The translations under genes and the position numbers were made by a program. The notes under the pieces are model-generated. The model worked only from the letters and a program-made list of their open reading frames with translations, ran no database searches and was not told the origin of the DNA. DNA of 17,483 nucleotides from Myxococcaceae bacterium (GTDB lineage Bacteria > Myxococcota > Myxococcia > Myxococcales > Myxococcaceae): contig SECN01000117.1 in the NCBI GenBank assembly GCA_004173515.1, forward strand, positions 1-17,483, read 5' to 3'. Positions 15,782-17,483 of the stretch are shown here, one piece after another (positions within the stretch are counted from its first letter, which is position 1; each line of letters starts with the position of its first letter).

Positions 15782-16418
15782 GGCTGTCCTCCACCGAAGC
15801 CGTCGCCGGCAGGTCCATTCCGATGAGCTCCGCCGTGGGGCCCAGGGCCTTGTCGTCGATGCCCGCGCGCTGCGCCATCGACGCGGGCGTGATGCCAATC
15901 ACCTTCACCGCCAGGGCGCCCTCCAGCGCGACGGAGATCTCATCCACCGTCTTGCGGGACGCGGCCCAGATCTGCACCTGCTGCGTCTTCAAATTCCACG
16001 TCACGTCCAGCACGGCGGTGCGGGGCACGGCGCGCTGACGCAAGAGCTGCTTCAGCTCCGCGCGCTGCTTGGTCTTCTCCGCGCGCGCGGGCGGACGGCT
16101 GTTCTCCTTGGTGAAGGCGGACGTCCACTTGTCCAGCTCCGCCTTCATCATCGACGCGGGCACCTTCAGCGTGTCGATGCGGTAGGCGAACAGGGCGTAC
16201 TCGCCATAGAAGAGGTGGGTGGTGGAGAAGTCGGAGGCCTCCGCGTTCTCCAGCTCCACGAAACCGGCCGCGCGCTCCTCCTCGGAGCGACGGTCGATGG
16301 GTTCGAACGCATGGGACTTGAGTCCCTTGGTCAACCAGCGCTTCACGTCGGACGGAGCTTCCTTGGAAGGCTCGGTCCGGAAGCGCGAAAAGGTCACGGC
16401 ACCACGTAGGACAGGCAT
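15768..16418 (-). CDS. rdgC: RdgC-like recombination-associated protein, N-terminal half, encoded as a separate gene.
   Basis: Within ORF 15768..17051 the real start is ATG 16418 (MPVLRGAVTFSRFRTE), which aligns with RdgC MLWFKNLMVYRLSRE. EKTKQRAELKQLLRQRAVPRTAV aligns with [23 protein letters not shown]. The stop TGA at 15768-15770 lies 8 nt past the downstream gene's ATG. Confidence 0.5.
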   Translation of the reverse strand: MPVLRGAVTFSRFRTEPSKEAPSDVKRWLTKGLKSHAFEPIDRRSEEERAAGFVELENAEASDFSTTHLFYGEYALFAYRIDTLKVPASMMKAELDKWTSAFTKENSRPPARAEKTKQRAELKQLLRQRAVPRTAVLDVTWNLKTQQVQIWAASRKTVDEISVALEGALAVKVIGITPASMAQRAGIDDKALGPTAELIGMDLPATASVEDSHGEG

Positions 16419-16569
16419 GGGGCGCGGCAGGATGGGCGTCCGGTGCCGTGGCGTCAAGGCACTCGGCGTGGCTGGACGTGCCGGGCGTCCACCCGTGCAC
16501 GCCTGGGCCCTTCCCCGCTGGCCGGAAACGATGACACTCCCAGGAGCGCGACATACGGTGCCAGCCGCC

Positions 16570-17483
16570 ATGCGCCGCGCCCTCCTCGCCTCCACCGCCG
16601 CCGTCCTCCTGTCCGCCTGCGCCCACGCGCCCTCCCCGTCGGATGCACCCCCGTCCAACACCCTGACCGGGGTGACGAAGGCCCTGCTGGAGACCCTGGA
16701 GGCGGACGGGGCGCTCGCGGGCGCGTATGTGGTGGACGCGCGCACCGGCGAGCCGCTCTTCACGCACCGGGAGAACGTGCGGCTGTTGCCCGCGTCCACG
16801 ATGAAGGTGGTGTCCACGTCCGCGGCGCTGTCCGCGCTGGGGGCGGACTTCCGCTTCGTGACGCCGGTGGCCCTGGAGGGCTCGCAGGTGGGGGGCCTGT
16901 TCCTGGGCGACGTGGTGGCGCAGGCGTCCGGAGACCCGTCGCTGGGCTCGTGGCGCTTCCCGGAGACGGCGCTCGCGTGCGACCGCATCGCGGAGGCCTT
17001 CCAGGCGCGCGGCATCCACCAGTGGCGCGGCAGCGTGCGCATCGCCGGCACCGACGGCGTGGATGGGCTGATGGGGCCCGGCTGGGCCTGGGACGACGCC
17101 GCGTATGCCTACAGCGCGGCGCCCACGCCCTTTGTCTTCCGCGAGAACGTGGTGGACCTGGCCCTCACGCGCGCGCCCGGCGCCACCTGCGAGGACGCGC
17201 CCACCGTGCAGCTCACCCCCACCTTCGCCACGCTGAGCGCGGTGGTGCGCGTGGACGTCAACGCGGAGCGCACCAACCTCTCCTGCATGCGCGGAGGCAA
17301 TGGCGTGCGCTGCACGTGGCGCTCGCCCCCGGGAGGCCCCTGCCCCCAGTCCGCGGGCGTGAAGCTGGCCGTGGAGGCGCCGCAGGAGCTCTTCGCCGCG
17401 TGCGTGGACGACGCGCTGGCGCGCAAGGGCGTGACGCGGCTGCCCCTCACGCTGGAGGCTGGTGAGGATGACGCGCGCCATGC
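16570..17483 (+). CDS. dacB: 3'-partial gene for a PBP4-family D-alanyl-D-alanine carboxypeptidase/endopeptidase (peptidase S13) lipoprotein, continuing beyond the window.
   Basis: Manual translation in the frame starting at 16570 gives MRRALLASTAAVLLSAC (lipobox LSAC), followed by the SxxK active-site motif in LLPASTMKVVSTSAALSAL. There is no stop before 17483. It is absent from the ORF track because it is open-ended. An upstream ATG at 16531 is an alternative start. Confidence 0.6.
   Translation, partial: MRRALLASTAAVLLSACAHAPSPSDAPPSNTLTGVTKALLETLEADGALAGAYVVDARTGEPLFTHRENVRLLPASTMKVVSTSAALSALGADFRFVTPVALEGSQVGGLFLGDVVAQASGDPSLGSWRFPETALACDRIAEAFQARGIHQWRGSVRIAGTDGVDGLMGPGWAWDDAAYAYSAAPTPFVFRENVVDLALTRAPGATCEDAPTVQLTPTFATLSAVVRVDVNAERTNLSCMRGGNGVRCTWRSPPGGPCPQSAGVKLAVEAPQELFAACVDDALARKGVTRLPLTLEAGEDDARH

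Noticed and set aside
1-17483. Mobile elements, CRISPR arrays, integrase or transposase genes.
   Set aside because: No terminal inverted repeats, DDE-transposase-like ORFs or repeat-spacer arrays were found. The only repeats are intragenic low-complexity tandem repeats and the GDSL gene duplication.

Overview
This is high-GC (~70%) bacterial DNA, almost certainly from a myxobacterium: one secreted protein carries a MYXO-CTERM-like tail and secreted proteins carry DAGT-type low-complexity linkers. The window is densely coding with no rRNA, tRNA, CRISPR or IS elements. The + strand at the left carries four genes: a PKD-like/Kelch-repeat lipoprotein, an HSDL2-like short-chain dehydrogenase, a LysR regulator, and an unusually long aromatic-amino-acid hydroxylase of the phenylalanine hydroxylase (PAH) family. 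A beta-helix protein of slightly atypical composition follows on the + strand. From ~16.4 kb down to ~8.0 kb there is one long co-directional minus-strand array: a two-gene split rdgC-like pair, two tandem duplicated GDSL/SGNH lipases, a major vault protein (MVP) homolog, a DAGT-repeat lipoprotein, and a secreted HExxH zinc protease with a MYXO-CTERM-like tail. Several genes in this array are joined by ATGA/GTGA start-stop overlaps. A PBP4-type (dacB-like) lipoprotein gene runs off the right edge and a secreted-protein gene runs off the left edge. Neither has an in-window stop, so neither is in the ORF track. The most striking element is the bacterial MVP homolog, with conserved shoulder and cap-helix regions but fewer N-terminal repeats than eukaryotic MVP. 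Many long ORFs in the track are alternative-frame artefacts of the high GC content and were rejected.
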